From assembly GCA_947039455.1 (NCBI GenBank), contig CAMQZB010000002.1, positions 97,393 to 161,392 of the forward strand: a DNA stretch of 64,000 nucleotides, written 5' to 3'. The notes beneath the pieces are model-generated. The model was given only the letters and a program-made list of their open reading frames with translations, was not told the DNA's origin and ran no database searches. Source of the stretch: an uncultured Clostridia bacterium. GTDB taxonomy: Bacteria > Bacillota > Clostridia > Christensenellales > CAMQZB01. Shown in pieces: positions 38,340 to 47,394 of the stretch. The position numbers and the translations under genes were made by a program. Within the stretch, counting starts at the first letter, position 1, and each line of letters starts with the position of its first letter.

Positions 38340-38981
38340 TTATAGTTTGAAATCATTGATCCAATTTTGAAAATGCTCAATAAATTGTGAAAGGTGAAAC
38401 CCATCACAGACAGCATGGTGAACTTGAACTGCTAGAGGAAGCAATGTTTTTCCATTGCTATCGTAGTATTTTCCGATAGTAAATATTGGTGGTAAACAGT
38501 CGAATCCATTTTGTAAATTTAAATTAAATCCAGTAAAACTCGTCCATGGAATACATGAAACGTTGAAACAGTTTTTGTTAATTATAGGTTTTGAATTTTT
38601 GAAATCACTTTTGAATTGAATCATATCGCCAGTATAATTTTTCATGAAAGAATCGAAATTATCGCTAAATTCGGTCCAAACATTAGTTATAGTCTCTGAA
38701 TCAGCGTGAAACAAGGTGTAGCAAGGATTTGAAAAGCTGTAATAACCGATATTGTTTTCTTCGTCAATGTCCATACGAAATTCTTTATGTTGATTTACAA
38801 TGCAAGATAAACCGTACAAGATTGAAGGAAAAAACTTCAACTTATGATGATGTATTTCTTTTAAAAAATCAGTGATATCCAAATTTATAGTCATACTATA
38901 AGTGCAAGGGACTGAATTGAAATAATGAGTGTATGAATCTTTTCTATTCCAAGTAGGCATATCGATTTTATTAAATACCAT
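38340..38981 (-). CDS. cat: Type A chloramphenicol O-acetyltransferase
   Basis: 213 aa. WNRK..Y.HYF..VPCTYSMT, FNVS.IPW.SF.GFNLN and the catalytic VHHAVCDGFH are present. RBS AGGAGA. Confidence 0.95.
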   Translation of the reverse strand: MVFNKIDMPTWNRKDSYTHYFNSVPCTYSMTINLDITDFLKEIHHHKLKFFPSILYGLSCIVNQHKEFRMDIDEENNIGYYSFSNPCYTLFHADSETITNVWTEFSDNFDSFMKNYTGDMIQFKSDFKNSKPIINKNCFNVSCIPWTSFTGFNLNLQNGFDCLPPIFTIGKYYDSNGKTLLPLAVQVHHAVCDGFHLSQFIEHFQNWINDFKL

Positions 38982-39192
38982 AATATTCTCCTAAATTAGC
39001 AAATTCTTTAATATTGCAGGTTCTAATCATAATATATCATATAAAATTCTGAGCAATTATAATACTAGAATTATAACATAAGAAATGAAACTGTGCAACT
39101 GTGATTTGAAAATATCACTACAACTATTGACAAATATGTGTTTGTATGGTATAATGCAGGTAGAAGAAAAATAAAGAGAATAGGGGCACAAG

Positions 39193-39894
39193 ATGAAGAG
39201 ATTGATATGTATTATAATGATAGTTGCGATAGTGCTAATGATGAGTGGTTGTGGCAAAGAAGTGTATGTTCCAGGGGAATCGGAAGAGTATTATGTCCAT
39301 GAAGGTGTGGAAGTTGATATCTCAATATATCAAAAATACTGCGATGATTTTAATTATAATAGAGTTGAAGAATCGAAACATTTCAGATACAAAAAGATAT
39401 CATTTTACTCTATGGAAACAGGTACTCCAGTTAGAATAACAGAACCGCATTTAAGCTATATTCAGTACCGTGATGGCGACTATGTTAAGTATTGGAAAGC
39501 TGATGTTTATGATAATGGTGAGTGGAAATGCGACTACACAAAGATGTCAGAACATGATGTTCAAGACGATGAGTGGACTTATATCATATCAAAAGAAACA
39601 TCACAAAATACAGGCGTAGAATTTGCCTTGAGTCACGATAATAACACTAGAGACGGCAAATTAAACGAGTATATTGATGAAATAATGATAGCCCAACCAA
39701 CTCTACTATATTTCACATTTGGCGACGATTATAGAACCGTAGAGTTAAACGAAAATGGAGTAGTTACCCAAGTAGAAACTAAAAGAAAACCCGACGACGA
39801 ATCACTACCCTTGATATATTCAAAAGAAACCCAAGACATGTTCGGCGAAGTAGAAATAGACGAAACCAACTACCCAGTATGGGAAAGAACATAG
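39193..39894 (+). CDS. Lipoprotein, function unknown
   Basis: Signal peptide with lipobox LMMSGC. Confidence 0.6.
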   Translation: MKRLICIIMIVAIVLMMSGCGKEVYVPGESEEYYVHEGVEVDISIYQKYCDDFNYNRVEESKHFRYKKISFYSMETGTPVRITEPHLSYIQYRDGDYVKYWKADVYDNGEWKCDYTKMSEHDVQDDEWTYIISKETSQNTGVEFALSHDNNTRDGKLNEYIDEIMIAQPTLLYFTFGDDYRTVELNENGVVTQVETKRKPDDESLPLIYSKETQDMFGEVEIDETNYPVWERT

Positions 39895-39918
39895 AAATTT
39901 TTACAACAAGGAGAAATT

Positions 39919-40491
39919 ATGGATAATAAAATCAGATGCACATGGCTTGACGGCTCTGAAATATATACTAGATATCACGATGAAGAATGGGGAAAGCCTG
40001 AACATGATGATAATAAGCTATTTGAAATGCTAACATTAGAAGCGTTTCAAGCAGGATTGTCTTGGATTACTATATTAAAAAAGAGGGAAGACTTTAGAAT
40101 TGCATTTGATGGATTTAATCCAAATATAGTTGCAACGTATGATGAATCAAAGATTGAAGAACTTTTAGTGAATGAAAAAATAATACGTCATAGAGGAAAG
40201 ATTATTGCCGCAATTAATAATGCAAAATTGTTTTTAGAAATTCAAAAAAAATATGGAAGTGTAGATAAATTTTTATGGAACTATGTAGAAAACACACCAA
40301 TTATAGGACACTATTCCTCAATAGATGATCTACCAGCAAATAACGAAATATCAGATAAAATAAGTAAAGATCTAAAGAAAATGGGATTTAAGTTTTTAGG
40401 ATCAACAACTGTCTACGCATTTATGCAAGCAACAGGAATGGTAAATGATCACATGCAAAATTGTTATCTCTATAATGAAAAGAGCGTCTAA
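39919..40491 (+). CDS. tag: DNA-3-methyladenine glycosylase I
   Basis: C.W....IY..YHDEEWG.P.HDD.KLFE.L.LE.FQAGLSW is the characteristic Tag N-terminus. Confidence 0.9.
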   Translation: MDNKIRCTWLDGSEIYTRYHDEEWGKPEHDDNKLFEMLTLEAFQAGLSWITILKKREDFRIAFDGFNPNIVATYDESKIEELLVNEKIIRHRGKIIAAINNAKLFLEIQKKYGSVDKFLWNYVENTPIIGHYSSIDDLPANNEISDKISKDLKKMGFKFLGSTTVYAFMQATGMVNDHMQNCYLYNEKSV

Positions 40492-40551
40492 CAGACGTTC
40501 TTTTTCTTATTACCAAAGTATAATCAACCAATGATAGAACTAAGAAAGCTT

Positions 40552-40590
40552 GACAAAAAAAAGACCAACCTTACAAAAAAGGTTGGTCTT
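40552..40590. terminator. Terminator hairpin with a near-identical copy at 42322-42356
   Basis: GACAAAAAAAAGACCAACCTT-ACAAAAA-AGGTTGGTCTT. Confidence 0.65.
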
Positions 40591-40598
40591 TAATTTAT

Positions 40599-41531
40599 CT
40601 AGTTTTCGTATAGAGTTGCTATATCGTGTATTCTACGTTTCATTTCTGTGCGGATATGTAAGGGGTTTAAACATTCACATTTATTTCCGAAACCGAAAAG
40701 AATATTGTAATAGTAGTCGTTTTCTATGAACTGAAAGTTAACGATATAATGATCATTTCCATCGGGAGAAAAGTGTTCTTCAGTGCAAAAATCAAGAACC
40801 CTGTCCATGACGGATTTATGAATACGTATTTTAATATTAGTTTGCAAAGTAGCTAGGATATCTGAAAATTCCAGTTGCGGTTTTACATAATCTCGTGGCG
40901 TAAAAACTTCCGCTGTAATTTGCAAATTAGAGATACGAGATATTTTGAAGAAGCGAAAATCCTTGCGTATATTGCAATAACCTTGCCAATACCAATTACT
41001 ATTTTTCAGTACAAGTTGATATGGTTCAGCAGTGCGAGAAGTTTTGTTTCCATGGCGGTCTGAATATTCAAAGGAAAGTATCTTACTATCTTGTAAAGCA
41101 GTTTTTATAATTTCCAAATAGGGTTGAACGTTCTTGTTGCTCAACCACGGATTTAAATCGATGTATATTTGGTTAGATTTCAATTCAATATCTTTAGCGC
41201 TGTGGGAGGGTATAAAACTCTTAACTTTAGCCAGTGCATTAGTTAGTTCATCGCCTTGAATCATGTTGGATAGATTGGAAAGTCCCAATAAAATAGTAGA
41301 AATGTCAGCATTTGAAAACACCTTATTATCAATCTTGTATTTAGGCATAATTTCAAATCCGCCACCCACACCAGAAGTTGCACGAACGGGAATGCCCGCC
41401 ATATTAATAGTATCAATATCACGGTAAATCGTGCGAGGCGAAACCTCAAACATATCAGACAATTCTTGTGCTCCAATACGTTCTTTATCAAGTAGAATCA
41501 TAATAATACTAACAAGCCTATCAACTTTCAT
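40599..41531 (-). CDS. YafY-type HTH / WYL-domain transcriptional regulator
   Basis: MKVDRLVSIIMILLDKERIGAQELSDMFEVSPRTIYRDIDTINMAGIPV, plus a WYL-like core (PYQLVLKNSNWYWQGYC). RBS AAGGTGG before the ATG at 41531. Confidence 0.8.
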   Translation of the reverse strand: MKVDRLVSIIMILLDKERIGAQELSDMFEVSPRTIYRDIDTINMAGIPVRATSGVGGGFEIMPKYKIDNKVFSNADISTILLGLSNLSNMIQGDELTNALAKVKSFIPSHSAKDIELKSNQIYIDLNPWLSNKNVQPYLEIIKTALQDSKILSFEYSDRHGNKTSRTAEPYQLVLKNSNWYWQGYCNIRKDFRFFKISRISNLQITAEVFTPRDYVKPQLEFSDILATLQTNIKIRIHKSVMDRVLDFCTEEHFSPDGNDHYIVNFQFIENDYYYNILFGFGNKCECLNPLHIRTEMKRRIHDIATLYEN

Positions 41532-41654
41532 AATGTACCACCTTAAAATTTCTTTTGCTATAATTATATATTGTTGACATACTGATGTCAACAATTACAT
41601 GGTAAAATAATAAGTATAAAATGATAATTTAAACAAAGAAAATGGAGGAAATTT

Positions 41655-42287
41655 ATGATTACAATTTATGTTTATGTACTTGATACTTTAGCGGACTGGG
41701 AACTAGGACATGTTATGTCGGAGTTAAACTCAGCAAGGTTTTTTAAAAAGAACGCGGAACGTGTTGAACTGAAAACCGTTAGTAACAAAAAAGAAACAAT
41801 CAAAACAATGGGCGGAATGGAAATAGTTCCAAATTGCCAAATTGACGATGTGATCGCAAGCAAAACAAGCGTATTAATACTACCAGGAGCGGACGCGTGG
41901 AATGATCCAAAGCACGATGCGATAATACTAAAAGCCAGTGAGTTTCTATCTGTAGGTGCAACAGTATGTGCGATATGTGGAGCTACAAACGCACTTGCAA
42001 ATCACGGATTACTAGACAATCGTCCGCATACAAGCAACGGCGCGGGATATCTCGACATGTTCTGTCCAAGTTATAAAGGGCAAAGTTTTTACGTAGATAC
42101 GCCGTCAGTAGCGGATGGTAACCTAATAACTGCAAGCTCAACAGGTTCGTTATTGTGGGCAAAACAAATAATAGAAAAACTAGATGTTTTTCAACCAAAC
42201 ACACTAGAAACTTGGTATAACTATTTCAGCACAGGCGACCCAAAGCATTTCTACGCACTAATGGAAACCTTGCAATCAAATACTTAA
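41655..42287 (+). CDS. DJ-1/PfpI-family (type 1 glutamine amidotransferase-like) protein
   Basis: LILPGADAW...ATVCAICGATNALANHGLL nucleophile-elbow motif. Divergent from the WYL regulator. Confidence 0.8.
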   Translation: MITIYVYVLDTLADWELGHVMSELNSARFFKKNAERVELKTVSNKKETIKTMGGMEIVPNCQIDDVIASKTSVLILPGADAWNDPKHDAIILKASEFLSVGATVCAICGATNALANHGLLDNRPHTSNGAGYLDMFCPSYKGQSFYVDTPSVADGNLITASSTGSLLWAKQIIEKLDVFQPNTLETWYNYFSTGDPKHFYALMETLQSNT

Positions 42288-42321
42288 AACGAACTGAAAT
42301 GAATCACGCTATATATTTGAT

Positions 42322-42356
42322 GGCAAAAAAAGAACAACCTTACAAAAGGTTGTTCT
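42322..42356. terminator. Terminator hairpin, second copy
   Basis: GGCAAAAAAAGAACAACCTT-ACAAA-AGGTTGTTCTT. Confidence 0.65.
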
Positions 42357-42364
42357 TATAGTAT

Positions 42365-42592
42365 CTACAGTTCAGTATTAGTTTTACCCACAAGAAAATC
42401 AATAGTCACATCAAAATGAGTTGAAATAATAATCAAATCATCGATAGATGGTGCGCTATAACCGCTCTTTAGATTAGAAAGTTTTTGCTTGCTAAAGCCA
42501 AAAGCCGCAGCAATTTTCACTTGTGTCATATCCTCATGAGTTTTCTTCTCATATTCAATTAGTTCATTAAAAATCTTAATAAAATTATTCAT
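42365..42592 (-). CDS. XRE-family HTH regulator (short start preferred)
   Basis: MTQVKIAAAFGFSKQKLSNLKSGYSAPSIDDLIIISTHFDVTIDFLVG. The longer track ORF would run through the divergent promoter. Confidence 0.7.
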   Translation of the reverse strand: MNNFIKIFNELIEYEKKTHEDMTQVKIAAAFGFSKQKLSNLKSGYSAPSIDDLIIISTHFDVTIDFLVGKTNTEL

Positions 42593-42602
42593 GCAACTAT
42601 TA

Positions 42603-42654
42603 TACAAAATTTTTGTACAAACCGTTGACAAGTACAAAAGTTTTGTACTATAAT
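42603..42654. promoter_or_regulatory. Divergent control region with two 15-bp palindromic operators and a TTGACA-18 nt-TATAAT promoter
   Basis: TACAAAA-T-TTTTGTA (42603-42617) and TACAAAA-G-TTTTGTA (42633-42647), with centres 30 bp apart. -35 box at 42625-42630 and -10 box at 42649-42654. Confidence 0.6.
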
Positions 42655-42684
42655 GTAAATATAATAAAATAAGGGGGAAACCAA

Positions 42685-42843
42685 ATGAAAGATATTATAT
42701 TTGTAGTAGGGGAAACATTGCTAGTTGAAATGGAAGGCGTAAAAGCAATCACATACCCACAAGGCGAAGAAAACCCAACAACCGCCACTCTAACTCTAAA
42801 CTCCGGCAAAAAATACCAATTCACAATCACAGAAATAGCCTAG
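42685..42843 (+). CDS. 52-aa ORF not in the supplied track (MKDIIFVVGETLLVEMEGVKAITYPQGEENPTTATLTLNSGKKYQFTITEIA)
   Basis: Strong RBS AAGGGGGA 5-6 nt before the ATG, directly downstream of the operator-flanked promoter. Function unknown. Confidence 0.4.
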   Translation: MKDIIFVVGETLLVEMEGVKAITYPQGEENPTTATLTLNSGKKYQFTITEIA

Positions 42844-43184
42844 TAAATTTGCCAAACTGTTTAAATCTAAAGTGAAATACCAAAACAACAGTAGCACAAC
42901 AAAAAAGAAAAGTTGTCCAACAAAACAAAAATCAAATAAACCATACCAAAGACAACAACAAAGAGTTCTGTAAAACACAGAACTCTTTGTTAATTCACAC
43001 ACTAAAAACCAAAATCTTACCACCGTAAACACCCCAAAAAAGCTGCAGGTTTCCCTGCAAAAAAGCTTTTCAGCGTGGTACCACGTGATTTTCCCTTATC
43101 CCATAAGGAAAAACCACCTATTTTTACAAAATAGCGGTACCCACCCTTATCCTGCTCAAAAAATATAAGCTAAATAAGTAGATT

Positions 43185-43877
43185 TTAATATGTGATAGAC
43201 CTTAGTCTAGGCGTAGAGCTATAAGAGCAATCGCCGCATTGGTTTTGGCATTCATCATTGATTTTAGTTCTATTTACGTTAGCGATATATGGTACGTCAA
43301 CGTTCACTTTTCCTTTTACTTTTTCGCCGAAAAGGTTCCTGCCTTTTACGGTAGTTCGTTCGGTGCGAGTTCTAACTTCTTGTTCTGTCCAAGACTCTTT
43401 AGAAAATGTTTGAAGAGTTACTGTAGTGTAATTATAGCCGCCACAAGAAGGACATTGGAACCAAGAGAGACTTTTTAATGACGAGACTAGTAATGTGATA
43501 TTACCTACTAAAAATAAGATAGACAAAAAAGGATTATTGTCGAACACGAATATTTTATGATTTAAGTCAAAGATCGTTAATGCTAAATTTAAGGCAATCA
43601 AAATTATTGGAATTGCAAACCTGTATTTTGAATAAGTAGGTCTGAAAATTCCATTGAGCATAACTGAGAGTCTTACTATAGTTCCAATAATAGCCAAGCG
43701 TATCCATAGTCCAAGAAATATTAAAAGCAAAAATTCAAAAGAAAAAATTGGTGTGGATTTAAAAGCATTATATATTGAGTTTAATCCAAAATTTATAGAG
43801 ACGATTGATATTGTTGTGCTAAAAATAATAAGCAAGATGCTGAATAAGTGAGTGGTAAATTTACGTTTTGTAATCAT
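43185..43877 (-). CDS. Polytopic membrane protein with a C-terminal Cys-rich (zinc-ribbon-like) domain
   Basis: Four or five hydrophobic helices, then CPSCGG...CQNQCGDC. Confidence 0.45.
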   Translation of the reverse strand: MITKRKFTTHLFSILLIIFSTTISIVSINFGLNSIYNAFKSTPIFSFEFLLLIFLGLWIRLAIIGTIVRLSVMLNGIFRPTYSKYRFAIPIILIALNLALTIFDLNHKIFVFDNNPFLSILFLVGNITLLVSSLKSLSWFQCPSCGGYNYTTVTLQTFSKESWTEQEVRTRTERTTVKGRNLFGEKVKGKVNVDVPYIANVNRTKINDECQNQCGDCSYSSTPRLRSITY

Positions 43878-44405
43878 GATATTTCCTCCTAAGTATTATA
43901 TAATGATACTATATATTAATTTTAATGTCAAGATTGAACTAGTACAAAAAATTATATTTAATAGTAATGAATATTCCTTATCTTAGACGAGCACTTTGGA
44001 TAGCTATATCCATGTCTTTACAAATGGAGACTGCATTGTACGCGTACTATTGTAAATTGCGAGAAAAGTAAAAGATCATCGTCTAGAAACAACAGCAGTA
44101 GAAAGAAACTTGTGCGTAATTGTATAGTCCATACGACTAAACCTCTAATAAAAAAGATCGGCTATTTAAAGTATCATTTTTTTAAATTAAACTCATATTG
44201 CAACGCGTAAACATTGACGAAGGAGACAATATAGTGTTATAATATATAAAATATTTATTATGAAAAACCAGTGAAAAAGCATGGATTTGAATATGGATTA
44301 ATGCTATAATTATATTAAAAAGAAATTGCAATTTACTATTACATTAGCAAATTTAATTTTTAATGTTGAGTGAAAAAGATAAGATACTAATGAGGGAGTG
44401 CAAAA

Positions 44406-45902
44406 ATGCCGCAAAAAAAAGAAGAATTCAACCTAAATAATCATCTATACGAGGCTTGCAATATTTTAAGGGGCCCAATTAATCAAGATGACTATAAAAG
44501 CTATGTAACGCCATTATTGTTTTTTAAGAGAATATCTGACGTCTATGATGAGGAAACGGCAATCGCACTAAAAGAATCAGGTGGGGACTATGAGTATGCT
44601 GAATTTCCTGAAAATCATAGTTTTGTTATACCTAACAACTGTCATTGGAATGATATTCGAGAGAAGACATTAAACATCGGAGCAGCAATTTCAAATGCAA
44701 TGGTAACAATTGAACGCAAAAACCCTAAAACATTATACGGTCTTTTTACAAGTTTTGATGATGCAAACTGGACGGACAAAAATAAGTTGTCAGATGAGCG
44801 ATTGAAAGACCTTGTTGAACATATGTCTACAGTAACAGTGGGTAACTCAAACTATAATGCTGATTTAATGGGAGACGCATATGAATTTCTAATTAAGAAA
44901 TTTGCAGATTTATCAAAAAAAAATGCAGGAGAATTTTACACTCCTAGATCTGTTGTAAAGTTACTAATAAAGATTCTTGATCCAAAATCAGGCGAAACAG
45001 TATATGACCCAGCATGCGGTACTGGAGGAATGTTGATAGAAGCAATTCGTCATATGCATGGAGACAGACTTTCGTATGGTAAAATTTATGGACAAGAGAA
45101 AAATCTTTCAACTTCAGCTATAGCAAGAATGAATTTATTTTTGCACGGCGCAAAGGATTTTAAAATAGAACAAGGAGATACTCTACGCGCTCCATTCTTC
45201 ATAACTGGAGGACAGCTAGCGACTTTTGATTGCGTTATTGCTAATCCGCCTTTTTCGCTAGATAATTGGGGTTCTGAAATCTTTGAAAGCGATATGTATG
45301 GGCGTAATTTATACGGAACGCCGCCTGCTAAAAATGGTGACTTTGCTTGGATACAACATATGATTAAATCGATGGCGTTTAAGACTGGACGAGCAGCGAT
45401 TGTGCTTCCACAAGGCGTTTTGTTTAGGGGTAGTAAGGAATATGAATTACGCAAACAATTAATTGAGTCAGACAAATTAGAAGCCGTTATAACACTTGTA
45501 AACAACTTGTTTTACGGAGCAACTATTCCAGCCTGCTTACTTATTATTAGAAGCAAAAAAGAAGAGAAGCATAAGGGGAAGATAGCTCTAATAGATGCGT
45601 CAACAACGTATACGCCAAAAAGGGCTCAAAACGTATTAACAGACCCGGATGATATTGATAAAATTTACGAACTTTATAAAAATTTCGAAGATGTTGAAGA
45701 AAAAGTAAAAATAGTTTCTATTGATGAAATTAAAGAAAAAGATTATACTTTATCAGTTAATAGGTATGTGGAGAAAAAACAAGCAGAATCTATATCATTA
45801 GATGAGGCGAAAAAGAATTTCTATGCTTCTATGGAAGAAGTTTTTAAAGCGGAAGAAAATCTTAAAAAACTTTTACAAGAAGGAGGATATATTAATGAGT
45901 AA
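44406..45902 (+). CDS. hsdM: Type I R-M methyltransferase subunit HsdM, copy 1
   Basis: N-terminal HsdM domain (LLFFKRISDVYDEE), FYTPR, DPACGTGGML and IANPPFS. Confidence 0.9.
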   Translation: MPQKKEEFNLNNHLYEACNILRGPINQDDYKSYVTPLLFFKRISDVYDEETAIALKESGGDYEYAEFPENHSFVIPNNCHWNDIREKTLNIGAAISNAMVTIERKNPKTLYGLFTSFDDANWTDKNKLSDERLKDLVEHMSTVTVGNSNYNADLMGDAYEFLIKKFADLSKKNAGEFYTPRSVVKLLIKILDPKSGETVYDPACGTGGMLIEAIRHMHGDRLSYGKIYGQEKNLSTSAIARMNLFLHGAKDFKIEQGDTLRAPFFITGGQLATFDCVIANPPFSLDNWGSEIFESDMYGRNLYGTPPAKNGDFAWIQHMIKSMAFKTGRAAIVLPQGVLFRGSKEYELRKQLIESDKLEAVITLVNNLFYGATIPACLLIIRSKKEEKHKGKIALIDASTTYTPKRAQNVLTDPDDIDKIYELYKNFEDVEEKVKIVSIDEIKEKDYTLSVNRYVEKKQAESISLDEAKKNFYASMEEVFKAEENLKKLLQEGGYINE

Positions 45903-47394
45903 TCGAATTACATTAGACGATCTCAAAAGCTACCTGTGGAATTCAGCAGTATTATTACGTACTCATATTGATGCGGGCAGCTATAAACAATATATTTTTC
46001 CCTTACTATTTTTCAAACGTCTTTGTGACGTTTATGATGAAGAATATCAAATAGCATTAAAAGAATCTAATGATGATATGGAATATGCAGAATTCGCCGA
46101 AAATCATCGCTTTGTGATACCAAAAGGTTATCATTGGAAAGATGTAAGAGAAACAACTTCAGATGTTGGAAAAACTATTCAAAAGGCTTTATATGAAATA
46201 GAGAGAGCCAACCCATTGAAATTAAACAAAGTTTTTGGGGACGCTGTTTGGACAAATAAGAATCGCCTACCTGACAATTTATTGAAAGATATTATTGAAC
46301 ACTTTAGTTCTCGGACGCTTTCGATTGAAAACTGTCCTGAAGATGAACTTGGTATTGGATATGAATATCTAATCAAGAAATTTGCTGATGATAGTGGACA
46401 TACTGCACAGGAATTTTATACTAACCGCACAGTAGTTCATTTGATGACTGAAATGCTAAAGCCAGAAAGTGAAGAATCTATTTACGACCCAACTTGCGGT
46501 AGTGCTGGAATGCTAATTTCTGCAGCAGCGTACCTAAAAGAGCAAAATAAGGAATATAGAAACTTGAAAATATATGGTCAAGAATTAAACTATCTATCTT
46601 CAGCTATAGGAAAAATGAACTTATTTTTGCATGGTATTAAGGATTTTGAAATTGTTAACGAAGACACATTGCTGAATCCTGCGTTTATAGAAAATAACAA
46701 ACTGAAAAAATTTGACGTAGTTCTTGCAAACCCTCCTTACTCAATAAAGCAGTGGAATAGGGAAGCTTTTGCAAGCGATAAATATGGACGAAACTTTTTA
46801 GGCACTCCACCACAAGGTAGAGCAGATTATGCCTTTTTTCAGCATATATTAGAAAGTTTAAATCCTAAAACAGGCCGTTGTGCAATACTTTTTCCTCATG
46901 GAATTTTGTTCCGTAATGAAGAAAAAGATATGCGCGAAAAGTTAATTAAAAGTGACCTTGTTGAGTGTGTTATTGGACTAGGTCCAAACCTATTTTTCAA
47001 TTCTCCAATGGAGGCTTGTATAATTGTTTGTCGTACTAAAAAATCTTCTGAAAGGAAAGGCAAGATACAGTTTATAAATGCTATCAATGATGTGACACGA
47101 AAAAACGCTGAAAGTTATTTGGAAAATGATCACATAACGCATATTGCAAAATGTTATTCAGACTATGAATCCTTTGAAGGATTTTCCCATATTGCGACTG
47201 TTAAGGAAATTGAGAAGAATAATTTCTCTTTAAGCATACCCTTGTATGTATCAAATGCGCAAAGTGATAAAACTGAGGACTTGCGCACTTTAGATGAATG
47301 TATATCTGATTGGTTGGAAAGTAGTTTTGAATTAAAAAATTCATATAACACTTTAAAAACAGTAATGAGTGAAGGTGGTGAAATCAATGGCTAA
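45895..47394 (+). CDS. hsdM: Type I R-M methyltransferase subunit HsdM, copy 2 (divergent paralogue)
   Basis: LLFFKRLCDVYDEE, FYTNR, DPTCGSAGML and LANPPYS. ATG at 45895 after AGGAGGA, overlapping the copy 1 stop by 8 nt. Confidence 0.9.
   Translation: MSNRITLDDLKSYLWNSAVLLRTHIDAGSYKQYIFPLLFFKRLCDVYDEEYQIALKESNDDMEYAEFAENHRFVIPKGYHWKDVRETTSDVGKTIQKALYEIERANPLKLNKVFGDAVWTNKNRLPDNLLKDIIEHFSSRTLSIENCPEDELGIGYEYLIKKFADDSGHTAQEFYTNRTVVHLMTEMLKPESEESIYDPTCGSAGMLISAAAYLKEQNKEYRNLKIYGQELNYLSSAIGKMNLFLHGIKDFEIVNEDTLLNPAFIENNKLKKFDVVLANPPYSIKQWNREAFASDKYGRNFLGTPPQGRADYAFFQHILESLNPKTGRCAILFPHGILFRNEEKDMREKLIKSDLVECVIGLGPNLFFNSPMEACIIVCRTKKSSERKGKIQFINAINDVTRKNAESYLENDHITHIAKCYSDYESFEGFSHIATVKEIEKNNFSLSIPLYVSNAQSDKTEDLRTLDECISDWLESSFELKNSYNTLKTVMSEGGEING

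Noticed and set aside
38340-38981. The cat gene as the resistance cargo of the Tn4451-like element
   Set aside because: It lies about 20 kb outside the mapped junctions (4544/18053), separated from the element by the whole conjugation module.
42648-42830. Minus-strand 60-aa ORF between the XRE gene and the membrane protein
   Set aside because: The opposite strand has a promoter, a strong RBS and a 52-aa ORF in the same place. The minus-strand ORF has no start signals.
45802-45894. 31-codon N-terminal extension of the second hsdM ORF
   Set aside because: The extension lies inside the hsdM1 coding region. The ATG at 45895 follows AGGAGGA, and the product then aligns with the HsdM1 N-terminus.
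44406-47394. The two hsdM genes as an assembly duplication or a frameshifted single gene
   Set aside because: The two sequences are substantially diverged at both the protein and DNA level. Each is full length with its own complete motif set, and they are joined by a typical 8-nt stop/start overlap.
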